From Bacteroidia bacterium (lineage in GTDB: Bacteria > Bacteroidota > Bacteroidia > Bacteroidales > Prolixibacteraceae): DNA of 64,000 nucleotides. This document shows positions 54,077-62,784 of this stretch, piece by piece (within the stretch, counting starts at the first letter, position 1; each line of letters begins with the position of its first letter). The notes under the pieces are model-generated. The model did no database searches, was not told where the DNA came from, and was given only the letters and a program-made list of their open reading frames with translations. The stretch covers positions 6,222-70,221 of the forward strand of contig JAPLDT010000088.1 of the NCBI GenBank assembly GCA_026391315.1, in the 5' to 3' direction. The translations under genes and the position numbers were made by a program.

Positions 54077-54243
54077 TATATAAACCTTATTTTTTAAAAT
54101 CAATCTTAGTAGAAAGGTGGATGCGTGGGATGTGGATCTTATTATCTTATTTTATAATTGTCAGAGAATAAGATAATAAGATTGGGGATTCAATCTAATG
54201 TCTGATTCTACTAAGATTAAAAAACTGATTATAAGGTTTATAT
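54077..54243. mobile_element. MITE-like palindromic element of about 167 bp with no coding capacity
   Basis: The left half is TATATAAACCTTATTTTTTAAAATCAATCTTAGTAGAAA...GGATCTTATTATCTTAT. It is mirrored by ATAAGATAATAAGATT...TTTCTACTAAGATTAAAAAACTGATTATAAGGTTTATAT. Half copies lie at about 32965-33040, 36470-36545 and 39045-39125. Confidence 0.7.
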
Positions 54244-54359
54244 TATCATGGTTTTTTACTACGAACGTGCAAATTGGATTTGAATGCGAAACCCTTTTTT
54301 TAACTTTAGTCACTCTAGTCACTTTAGTTCACTTTAGTCACTTTTTATAAAATAACAGA

Positions 54360-55760
54360 ATGACAACCAAAACAATTCAGATGGGCTTGGTAATAATGGC
54401 ATTGCTATCTTCCTGTGGCAGTGGAAAAAAGAATGTTCAACTGGCAGGATCTAATTCATTTACAGGCGCAAAGGGCGAAGTGCGGCTGATAACTCTCGAT
54501 CCAGGGCACTTTCATGCAGCCCTGGTACAGAAAAAGATGTACGACCAGGTCAATCCTGAGGTTCGTGTTTATGCTCCGGAAGGAGCAGATCTAGCCCAGC
54601 ATCTCGGTAGAATAGAGGGGTACAATAGTCGAAAAGAGAACCCAACCGCATGGAAAGAGGTGGTTTACAACGGATCGGATTACTTCCAGAAGATGTTGGA
54701 CGAGAAGCTGGGCAATGTGGTTGTGCTTTCCGGCAATAACCGCATCAAAAGCGAATACATCAAAAAATCGGTGGAGGCTGGATTCAATGTGCTTGCAGAT
54801 AAGCCGATGGTCATTACACCTGAAAATTTCCCGATGCTTGAAGAGTCTTTCAAGATTGCAGCAGCAAAAGGTGTGATTTTGTACGACATAATGACAGAAA
54901 GGCATGAGATCACTTCAATGGTACAGATGGAGATTTCTCATGTGCCGGCAATTTTTGGCACCCTGCTGCCGGGAACACCTGAGCATCCGTCCATTGAAGT
55001 TTTGAGTGTCCACTTTTTTTACAAAAGTGTTTCAGGTTCGGCGCTTGTTCGTCCGGGTTGGTTTTTCGATGTGGACCAACAGGGCGAAGGGATGGTCGAT
55101 GTGGCCACTCACCTGGTCGATTTGGTTCAATGGGGCTGCTTTCCCGGAGTGATTCTGCAAAAATCGGATATCGAGATGCTGCAGGCCAGGCATTATCCTA
55201 CAGTTCTGACGTTGGATGAGTTCAAAGCTGTCACCAAACTTGAGAGCTTCCCTGATAATCTTTCCAAATTTGTAAAAGACGGAAAACTGGATGAATATGC
55301 CAATGGAGAAATGCTGTATAAAATCAAGGGTATTCATGCCAAAGTCACTGCTGAATGGCGATACAAATCACCTGAAGGTTCGGGCGATACCCATTACTCT
55401 ATTCTTCGTGGTTCCAAAGCCTCCGTCGAGATCAAACAGGGAGAGGCTGAAAAATTCCTGCCAGCCCTTTATGTCCACGCTAATCCGGGTACGGCACTTC
55501 CCGAATTCGTGGCCGCCTTGGAAAATGCTGTGGTGAAAAATAGTTCCCATGCGGGATTAACCCTCGAAAAGGTGGATGAACTAACCTGGAAAGTGAATAT
55601 CCCTGCCGGGTACAAAGTCGGTCATGAGGCGCATTTCAGCCAGGTAACTGAGCAATACCTCGAATATCTCAAAGCCGGGAAACTGCCCGAATGGGAGGTG
55701 CCGAATATGATTGTGAAGTATTATACAACCACGGAAGCGTTGAAGCTCGCTAGGAAGTAA
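54360..55760 (+). CDS. Gfo/Idh/MocA-like oxidoreductase lipoprotein (putative oxidoreductase C-terminal domain type)
   Basis: 466 aa. It has a lipobox (ALLSSCGS), then LITLDPGHFHAALV and VLADKPM. Confidence 0.6.
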   Translation: MTTKTIQMGLVIMALLSSCGSGKKNVQLAGSNSFTGAKGEVRLITLDPGHFHAALVQKKMYDQVNPEVRVYAPEGADLAQHLGRIEGYNSRKENPTAWKEVVYNGSDYFQKMLDEKLGNVVVLSGNNRIKSEYIKKSVEAGFNVLADKPMVITPENFPMLEESFKIAAAKGVILYDIMTERHEITSMVQMEISHVPAIFGTLLPGTPEHPSIEVLSVHFFYKSVSGSALVRPGWFFDVDQQGEGMVDVATHLVDLVQWGCFPGVILQKSDIEMLQARHYPTVLTLDEFKAVTKLESFPDNLSKFVKDGKLDEYANGEMLYKIKGIHAKVTAEWRYKSPEGSGDTHYSILRGSKASVEIKQGEAEKFLPALYVHANPGTALPEFVAALENAVVKNSSHAGLTLEKVDELTWKVNIPAGYKVGHEAHFSQVTEQYLEYLKAGKLPEWEVPNMIVKYYTTTEALKLARK

Positions 55761-55808
55761 GATATTAGAATAAAAAAAGCGCGAAAGCGCTTTTTTTATT
55801 CTAATATC
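55761..55808. terminator. Bidirectional intrinsic terminator between convergent genes
   Basis: GATATTAGAATAAAAAAAGCGC GAAA GCGCTTTTTTTATTCTAATATC is a perfect palindrome. It has a GC core and A/T runs on both sides. The right arm overlaps the last codons of the aldose epimerase gene. Confidence 0.8.
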
Positions 55809-56674
55809 TCCACAACGTACTCAGCTTCGAACATCGCCCCTGCCTCCAGCTGCAGCACTCCCTCTTTGTTCTCGAACCGCTGATCAGTATCCCATTTGTC
55901 GGCAATGCCAAGCCAGGGTTCGATGCAGACATAGTCGCCATTGGTCTTAGCCCAGATACCCATGTAGGGGAAGTCGTCGAATGAAACGGATAATGCCTCA
56001 TCTGATTTTTTGCTGCGAAGCGTTATTTTTTTTGATTTCAGATCTTTGAAAATGAGCGCATCTTTACTGAACAACTCATGGGTGAGCGGAATAACATTCG
56101 AGTTGTTGAAAACAGGAGCTGTCTTGTCAGAAATCGTCCCGTCATCAAACAGTAGCCACGTAGATGAATTTTCTTTGGTTTCAAATTCGAGGTAATAATC
56201 CTCGTACTTTTCATTTTCATGCCTTGGGCATTTGAATCCAGGGTGACCACCCAAAGAGAAAAAGAGCGGTGATTTGCCTGTATTTGTAATCTGGTGCACC
56301 ACCCTGATTTTGGTATCTTCCAAAATAAACTGGATCGTAAACTCAAAATCAAAGGGATAGATTTTGTGGGTCTCTTTGTTGGAGGCCATTCCGAAAGTCA
56401 GGGAATCAGCGGTAATTCCTGTTAAGAGTAGATCCGGATTATCCCGGATAAATCCATGTTTTTTGAGCTCATATTTTACTCCGTTCCATAGATAGGAGTC
56501 GTTTTTTAATCCGCCCACAATTGGAAACAGGATAGGCGCCGAGCTGTTCCAAATAGCCGGATCGCTGCCCCACATGTATTCGATGCCGCTTTTCAGCGAT
56601 TTGATCGAGAAGAGTTCTGCTCCCGGTTGGCGGACGGCAATTTCGAGTTTTGAGTTTTTAGCGTAGTGTAGCAT
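55796..56674 (-). CDS. Aldose 1-epimerase (galactose mutarotase-like) family protein
   Basis: 292 aa. It shows PILFPIVGGL, LKKHGFIRD, GGHPGFKCP and IEPW, typical of the YihR/LacX-like mutarotase fold. Confidence 0.75.
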   Translation of the reverse strand: MLHYAKNSKLEIAVRQPGAELFSIKSLKSGIEYMWGSDPAIWNSSAPILFPIVGGLKNDSYLWNGVKYELKKHGFIRDNPDLLLTGITADSLTFGMASNKETHKIYPFDFEFTIQFILEDTKIRVVHQITNTGKSPLFFSLGGHPGFKCPRHENEKYEDYYLEFETKENSSTWLLFDDGTISDKTAPVFNNSNVIPLTHELFSKDALIFKDLKSKKITLRSKKSDEALSVSFDDFPYMGIWAKTNGDYVCIEPWLGIADKWDTDQRFENKEGVLQLEAGAMFEAEYVVEILE

Positions 56675-56683
56675 AATGCAAAT

Positions 56684-56814
56684 TTGGAAAATGTGAAAAT
56701 TGAGGAACGATCAGATGTAAAATTATAAAAGGAATTGGAATTTTTATGAATTCTATTTTCCCTTAACACAAATCTTTCTTCATTTTCCAATTTTCCAATT
56801 TTCACATTTTCCAA
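56684..56814. repeat. 19-bp perfect inverted repeat spanning almost the whole DUF4838/aldose-epimerase spacer
   Basis: The left arm at 56684-56702 is TTGGAAAATGTGAAAATTG. The right arm at 56796-56814 is CAATTTTCACATTTTCCAA. The loop is 93 nt. Confidence 0.85.
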
Positions 56815-56822
56815 TTTTCACA

Positions 56823-59549
56823 TTATTTGATGTTTTCAATCAGACTGTGAAACGCCTTCCTCTCCACCTCCCCGCCTTCGGAGTAATGGGTTACATTTTC
56901 GCGTTTTGCAATACGGCAGAAATTGTCGTAGGTGCCATCCTGACGGGCAATGGCTGGTGTGCGTTTGCATTTGAGATAGAGAACTGGCAAGGAGCACATT
57001 TCAACACGGCGAACCACTTCGTCATTGTCGGCTACTTTAACCGCCTCTTTGAAAATATCGCACGACTGTTGCACGAAATCATCGGAGAAGATGGCATCGC
57101 CCGGTGTCAGTCCCAGATGTATATGGGTATCCGGTGTGATACGGTTGTGCAGCAGATCGAAATATTGCCTGACGAACTTTCCGGCCCGACCATAATAACC
57201 GTACATGAAATCGTTGATAACTGCCTCAGTATTGCACTCCGGATTCCACAATAATTTGGAAATCAGGTAGGAACGAAGCTCGGAAAACTCACCCCCACGG
57301 CTTTGGTAAGCAGCCTGCTCCATGATGCCAATGGCGTTGTTGTCCCTGAACGACTGTATGTTGGATTGCAGTACCCTGAAGTTGGGGTAAGGCATCACAT
57401 AATGCAAGAAATTAACCACATAATCCCAGATGTACATGTGGGGCGCAATGGCCGACCATCCCTTCAGATCATTGAGGAAGGATTTGTTTTCGGGACAGGA
57501 TTTGAAATCGTGTGCGAAACAGCATTCGATGCTGCACAACCGCACCACCACATTGTTCCTGGGCTTGATGTCTTTTGGCGGTGTTCTGGTATAAGTGTAG
57601 GCCAGTGTGCCGATAAATTTGTCAGGGAACTCCTTCTCCACCGCTTCGGCCACCTGATTTACAAACCAGATGATCAGTCCGGATTCGCTCCCTTTGGCCT
57701 TGACTATGGCCTGGCATTTGTCGCATTGGCACGGGTTGTTCCAGTCGTTTTGGGAGACATCGTAAATCAGGTATTCAGGACTTTCGCGCATCCGTTTTCT
57801 GATACGGTCTGTGATAATTCGCAGTACATCCGGGTTTGTGAGGCAAAGCTGTGCCTGCTCATGGATCCGTTTGCCATCGATTAAACTGTAATATTCGGGA
57901 TGTTTTTTGTAAAATTCTTCCGGTGGCATCAGCGGGTAAAAGGTATGAACCGCCCAGTAGCTATCGATGCCGCCGGGTTGTTCGCGGTAGCCCATGGCTC
58001 CGTTCATCTTGTTGCGGGTGGCCCAGATCGGATCAAAAGCCTCAAAATAGAAATCATTCCGTACCCGGACGCCCGGTTTTTCGGCATGGTCGAACCAGAC
58101 AAATTTCAGCTCCTCCCTTTTGGGGATCACATTCACGGTAGGGGTGTACCAACGGCAGCCCAGCTCTCTTTCCAGGAATTCGAAGACACCATACATGGTG
58201 CCACGCTTCTGGCCTCCGGTGATGAAAATGTTAGGACCGGAGTTGTAGTAGTGGAAGGATTCTTCGGCTGAAGCGGTGGTCTCCGCTGAGCCTGTCGAAG
58301 CGTGAAACCTTACAAGTGGGGATAAGTCGGTCCCTGAGCTTGTCGAAGGGTTTTGGGAGCTCTTCGAATCTGACTGAAAAGTGATTGATGACGCTTCGAC
58401 AGGCTCAGCGACCGGATCTTTCTTCTTCATTGTCAATTTGTTCACTTCGACAGGCTCAGTGAACAAATTGACTGCATCAGTACCAACTACAATTTTCGGT
58501 CCTTTATAATTCGGGTCTTCAGGGAGTTGCGGCAATTCCACCCCACTGATCTCCTTCAACCAGTGCTGAAGCTCTTTGGCAGCCCATTTTTCTGATTCTG
58601 AGGCATTGTTGGCAATGGCGATCCGGTAATCAGATTTTCCATGACTGAAAAGTGCATATTCGATTCGCTTTCCTGCCGTGAATTCGCTTGTTCGTTGCAG
58701 TATCTTTCCCGATTTCAGCTGAACAGTAACCTTTGCCTGGTATGGTTGGTAATTGGCTGACGGAATTTTAAGCGGAGTACAAAAGTTGGCAGTACGATCC
58801 ACCTTCAGGATCTCGGTGCCGTGAATGTCGCTGATGGTTACAGTTACTTTTTGAATCAGGTAGTTCAAAACATCCGGAAGGTAGGAGGAGAGGACGCTTG
58901 CAGTTCCGGATTCGTCAGCCCGGACTTTGAAAAGATCACCTCTATTGAGGGCTTCTGCAGCGGAAAAATTGTGAAATCTCAGGGCGAATCCCCATTTGTT
59001 TCCATGCTGTTCGACTTTTAACAGGAGGGTGTTGGTTCCTTTTTTTAGCATAACGGGGATCAGATCTCCATCAATTATGACACTGCGCTTGGTCGGATAA
59101 TCGAAAACTGAAGTACCGTTTACGAAGAGTTGTGCCCCGTCGTTGGTGCCCAGGCCAATCAGGTGAACACCCTCTTCTGCTGCCTCGACACTGGTAAAGG
59201 CATAGGCAAAAACGGGATAAGATTTGGAGAAGGCTGCGACCAGGTCGACGATCGAATCGGTCGACTGCCAATATTTCCAGACCATCGACTTTTTGCCGAT
59301 TTTGATTGCATCGCCGGCTTTTACCGATAGGTTTTGCTCTCCGCCCAATTTGCCGAGGTAATCTGTCTTGAATCCGGGAAGGTGATCCCACGATTTTTCG
59401 GGATCCGGCTGAGTTTGCAGCGGGATCGGACCGAGCAGCAGCCAGGATTTTAGGAATTGGCCGGGGATGATTTTCTGCGGAACATTTTGACAAAATCCCG
59501 GCAGGGAAATAAGTAGGAATAAAGAAATAGAAAGAAATAGTTGTTTCAT
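56823..59549 (-). CDS. DUF4838-domain putative glycoside hydrolase with N-terminal carbohydrate-binding-like region; carries an in-frame repeat insertion
   Basis: 908 aa. It has a signal peptide (MKQLFLSISLFLLISLPGFC). AAKELQHWLKEISGVELP and RGTMYGVFEFLERELGCRWYTP are typical of DUF4838 proteins. Confidence 0.65.
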   Translation of the reverse strand: MKQLFLSISLFLLISLPGFCQNVPQKIIPGQFLKSWLLLGPIPLQTQPDPEKSWDHLPGFKTDYLGKLGGEQNLSVKAGDAIKIGKKSMVWKYWQSTDSIVDLVAAFSKSYPVFAYAFTSVEAAEEGVHLIGLGTNDGAQLFVNGTSVFDYPTKRSVIIDGDLIPVMLKKGTNTLLLKVEQHGNKWGFALRFHNFSAAEALNRGDLFKVRADESGTASVLSSYLPDVLNYLIQKVTVTISDIHGTEILKVDRTANFCTPLKIPSANYQPYQAKVTVQLKSGKILQRTSEFTAGKRIEYALFSHGKSDYRIAIANNASESEKWAAKELQHWLKEISGVELPQLPEDPNYKGPKIVVGTDAVNLFTEPVEVNKLTMKKKDPVAEPVEASSITFQSDSKSSQNPSTSSGTDLSPLVRFHASTGSAETTASAEESFHYYNSGPNIFITGGQKRGTMYGVFEFLERELGCRWYTPTVNVIPKREELKFVWFDHAEKPGVRVRNDFYFEAFDPIWATRNKMNGAMGYREQPGGIDSYWAVHTFYPLMPPEEFYKKHPEYYSLIDGKRIHEQAQLCLTNPDVLRIITDRIRKRMRESPEYLIYDVSQNDWNNPCQCDKCQAIVKAKGSESGLIIWFVNQVAEAVEKEFPDKFIGTLAYTYTRTPPKDIKPRNNVVVRLCSIECCFAHDFKSCPENKSFLNDLKGWSAIAPHMYIWDYVVNFLHYVMPYPNFRVLQSNIQSFRDNNAIGIMEQAAYQSRGGEFSELRSYLISKLLWNPECNTEAVINDFMYGYYGRAGKFVRQYFDLLHNRITPDTHIHLGLTPGDAIFSDDFVQQSCDIFKEAVKVADNDEVVRRVEMCSLPVLYLKCKRTPAIARQDGTYDNFCRIAKRENVTHYSEGGEVERKAFHSLIENIK
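58270..58472 (-). repeat. Nested palindromic repeat block of about 200 nt translated in frame inside the DUF4838 gene
   Basis: Four CTGAGC-NNN-TCGAAG units are present, two in each orientation. There is a perfect 19-bp inverted repeat (58284-58302 / 58392-58410) and a 14-bp-stem palindrome at 58432-58472. Confidence 0.8.
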
Positions 59550-59627
59550 AGTATTTTGGATTTTCGATTTTGGATTGGCGTTAATTGAAATATTGTGGTT
59601 TAAAATTTTGCATTGAGTTAAATAGTG

Positions 59628-59930
59628 CCCTTCGGCTACACTCAGGGACCGGTCTCATCCATACATTTTCCCATTCTTTGCTTCTTTCAAAATTGTTACT
59701 GTTCCGTCCGAAATTAACTTACCATCTTTTTTTGGCATACTACCGCGGACGGCTCTTTATCATCATTCCCAACCTGGGGTGTCGCTCCTTCGTCGCTTTA
59801 CCTCGGACTACAATACTATAACCGCTACGCGGTAAGATTCGAAAAGGATCCATATTGTGGTCAGGAAATTTAGGATTGTGCAAAAGCCAATTTTCACATT
59901 TTCACATTTTCACATTTCCAAATTATTTTC
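59628..59930. repeat. Composite dispersed repeat of about 300 nt, copy 2
   Basis: See 42703-42990. It has the same orientation relative to the flanking minus-strand genes. Confidence 0.85.
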
Positions 59931-60017
59931 ACGCTTCTGCCTGTCTCTCTATCGTCCCAGTCATCCCAGTCATCCCAGTCGTCCAAGTCGTCCCTCGTCT
60001 CCCTGTCCCTCCGTCTC

Positions 60018-62444
60018 TCAGTCATTCTTAAGCAGCCACACCTCCGCCACCTGCGAACCCCTTTCTCCTTCTCCTTTGTCGTTTTGGGCGCAGCTCCAGG
60101 TGAAGGTTACTTTGCCGGATTGAGTCACCTCTTTCGGAAGTTGAAACTCAAAGATAGGCTGTGTTCCCATTCTGATAAAGTCGTGGATCAGGATGCCGTT
60201 GGCTTCGAGTTTCATCTTCGAGCGGAAACGTCCGGTGTAGGCTACGCGCAGTGTATATTTTCCTGCAGGGTCAAGATCGGTATATTCCATCACCAGTGGG
60301 GTGAAATAGAGGGTGTTGATCTGGTTCATCCAGGCCAGCGGAGTGGTTTGCCCTTCGAAGCCTTTGGCCACAATTTCGTCTACCCATTCAACACCTTTGA
60401 GTCCGACGCCGAAGCTGACGCGGGGCGATTCGAGGCTTCCGGGATCCTCCTGCCATCTTTTCTGTGATTTCACATGTTTCCACGAAGCCGGATTTCCAAG
60501 GTTATCGTAAAATCCGCCGGGGCCGGGATCGGTGCGGTGCAGCATCTTGCCAATATCGGCCAGTCGTTCCTTTTCATCGGTTCGTTTTTCGACCCGGTTG
60601 AGCTGGTCCAGCAGCCAGAGTGCGTCGTTGAGCGGGATGTCGATGTTGTCGATAAAGTTACCACGACCGCTCATGGCATGGTGTTTTTTGATGGTGAGCT
60701 GGGCACCGAAGCTTCGGAAAAGAGAATCCGCCAGGGCAAAGCAACGGCTTCTCAGCGGTTGTGCTATGGGCTCCTCTTTGGCCTGAAGCAGCGTGTGCCG
60801 GGCATCCTGGATGGCTTTGAGTGTTTCGGATGGTTTGGTTACTTCAAGAATGGACCGGGCCTGTTGTTCCAGATCAGTTTCATAGATCAGACGCCGCCGG
60901 ATGTAGGCATCAAAGTAGGCCCTGATAAGTCCGCTCTGGAACCTTGGATTTGAAAGCACCTCCGTGGAAGCTGAACGCTCCATGTCCTGCCATTGTTGTA
61001 GGGTTCTCTCGACTTGTTCGTTGGCCAGGAGCGGCCCGCGAAAATTCTGTTCGAGTGCCATCAACCCTTGAGCAACGGCATCTGCATATTGAGGTCCGAT
61101 GAAATAGCGAGCATAATCCCGGAGCGTTTCGATGGCAGGGGTTTCAGGATTCCAGTCCTGGCCGGTCCAGATAAATTTGTTCACGTCGTCGTTGGTGCCC
61201 TCCGAGTAGCTGATGCTTCCCTGTGCCAAAGAGGCATAACGGTTGTGGATCAACTTCTCATCGATCGGACGTGGGTTGATGCATTCGCGACCAAGTGTCA
61301 TGGCAAATGCCAGGTCCCATTGCTGAACCGGATACTGACAGCTGTAGCTGTGGGTGATATCGGGATAGAGACGGATCGGAATGGAGGGGTCAGTCACTTT
61401 GCGAACCTCAGGCAGTGGCATTTTGATCCACGGACCATAAACGACACCTCCCAGCCATTCCGGTTTCTTGTTGATATGGGCAAAAAAGTTTCCATACCAG
61501 ACGGTACTAGGCTTGAATGCCTGGGGGGATACCCAGATTTTGGCATTTGGGTGATATTTTTTCAATACCACAGCCTCCTGGCTTAACCAGTTAAAAAGCG
61601 GATCCGGTTCAAGATCGCCGGGATCGCCTCCGGGTACGAAAAGGGCATCGAGTTTGGGAAGGATGCTGAATATTTTTTCGCGTTCGGCAAGTTCGGCCTT
61701 GATTGAATCGGGGGAGTTGTAGTCGCTGTTCATGTTCGGATACCACATCCAGACATCCAGACCGTAGGATTTGCAGATTTTGGCCTGTTCGACAATCATT
61801 TGGATGGCGGGCAATTTCATGTGCACACTGGTGGCATCGTCATCGGTACGGGGAGGCATGATCTCGATGCTGTTGGCGCCGAAAAGAGCGAGATCGCGAA
61901 TGTAGCGGTCGTATTGGGCGACGGTCCAGGCATCGTAGGCATTGGTTTTTGGACGATAACCCAGCTGGTGGCCTCGGATGGGATAGGTGGGGGTTGAAGA
62001 GAGTGCGAGACGATCAGGTAAAAGTATTTTGTTCGCAGAGAGCTCCATCTTACGAAGGAGATATCCTGCTCCGAAAAGTGCACCTCGCTCATCATGGCCT
62101 GCGATAACCACCGTATTGGCATCCGGTATGACTATTTTGTACCCATCTTTCCCGGTAGGTGGCAGGGAATTCAGTACGGTTGTAATCCCGGTAGGAAGTT
62201 TAATTGCATCTTTTTCGAGACAAATGATAATTTGCGGCAGATCTTTGGAGTCCAGCTTTCCGGCGATAGCCGATTTAATATTGGTATGAAGCAGAAGCTC
62301 TTCCTGCAAAACAGTGGTAGCCTTGAAGAGCAGGAGGTTCTTTTTGTCAGAACAAAAGATGGATGTTTTGGAAAAATCGAGCCATTGCGCGGAAGTCACC
62401 AGCGGCAGGAGCCCCAATGCAAAAATGTAGAGCAAGCGGATCAT
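60018..62444 (-). CDS. Secreted putative glycoside hydrolase (GH20/GH67-like N-terminal domain plus TIM barrel); family uncertain
   Basis: 808 aa. It has a signal peptide (MIRLLYIFALGLLPLVTSAQ). GHDERGALFGAGYLLRKM followed by IRGHQLGYRPKTNAYDAW resembles the N-domain/catalytic junction of hexosaminidase/glucuronidase-like enzymes. Confidence 0.4.
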   Translation of the reverse strand: MIRLLYIFALGLLPLVTSAQWLDFSKTSIFCSDKKNLLLFKATTVLQEELLLHTNIKSAIAGKLDSKDLPQIIICLEKDAIKLPTGITTVLNSLPPTGKDGYKIVIPDANTVVIAGHDERGALFGAGYLLRKMELSANKILLPDRLALSSTPTYPIRGHQLGYRPKTNAYDAWTVAQYDRYIRDLALFGANSIEIMPPRTDDDATSVHMKLPAIQMIVEQAKICKSYGLDVWMWYPNMNSDYNSPDSIKAELAEREKIFSILPKLDALFVPGGDPGDLEPDPLFNWLSQEAVVLKKYHPNAKIWVSPQAFKPSTVWYGNFFAHINKKPEWLGGVVYGPWIKMPLPEVRKVTDPSIPIRLYPDITHSYSCQYPVQQWDLAFAMTLGRECINPRPIDEKLIHNRYASLAQGSISYSEGTNDDVNKFIWTGQDWNPETPAIETLRDYARYFIGPQYADAVAQGLMALEQNFRGPLLANEQVERTLQQWQDMERSASTEVLSNPRFQSGLIRAYFDAYIRRRLIYETDLEQQARSILEVTKPSETLKAIQDARHTLLQAKEEPIAQPLRSRCFALADSLFRSFGAQLTIKKHHAMSGRGNFIDNIDIPLNDALWLLDQLNRVEKRTDEKERLADIGKMLHRTDPGPGGFYDNLGNPASWKHVKSQKRWQEDPGSLESPRVSFGVGLKGVEWVDEIVAKGFEGQTTPLAWMNQINTLYFTPLVMEYTDLDPAGKYTLRVAYTGRFRSKMKLEANGILIHDFIRMGTQPIFEFQLPKEVTQSGKVTFTWSCAQNDKGEGERGSQVAEVWLLKND

Positions 62445-62485
62445 ATCAATTATAGTTAATAGTTACTTGTCGCAGTAAATAAATG

Positions 62486-62685
62486 TTACACAGAGTCTCA
62501 CAGAGGAGCACAGAGTTTCACAGAGAGGACGAATTGTTTGATTTTTTTTTATTGTTTGAAATGTTTGAAATGTTTGAAATGTTTGAAATGTTTGAAATGT
62601 TTGAAATGTTAAGGCTGACAACCCTCCAAATATTTCTTAATTTTTCTCTGTGCAACTCTGTGCTCCTCTGTGTAACTCTGTGTAA
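62486..62685. repeat. 41-bp inverted repeat (38/41 match) of CACAGAG words enclosing a GTTTGAAAT x6 tandem array
   Basis: The left arm is 62486-62526 and the right arm is 62645-62685. The tandem array (9-nt unit) is at 62554-62610. It lies in the divergent spacer between 60018-62444 (-) and 62785-63651 (+). Confidence 0.9.
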
Positions 62686-62784
62686 TAGTTTAAACGATCG
62701 AATAGTAATAGTAGCGAAACACCAAAATCCAAATATCGCAAAAAATTAATTAAATTCGTGCAATACAAACGAATCCATTCGGCT

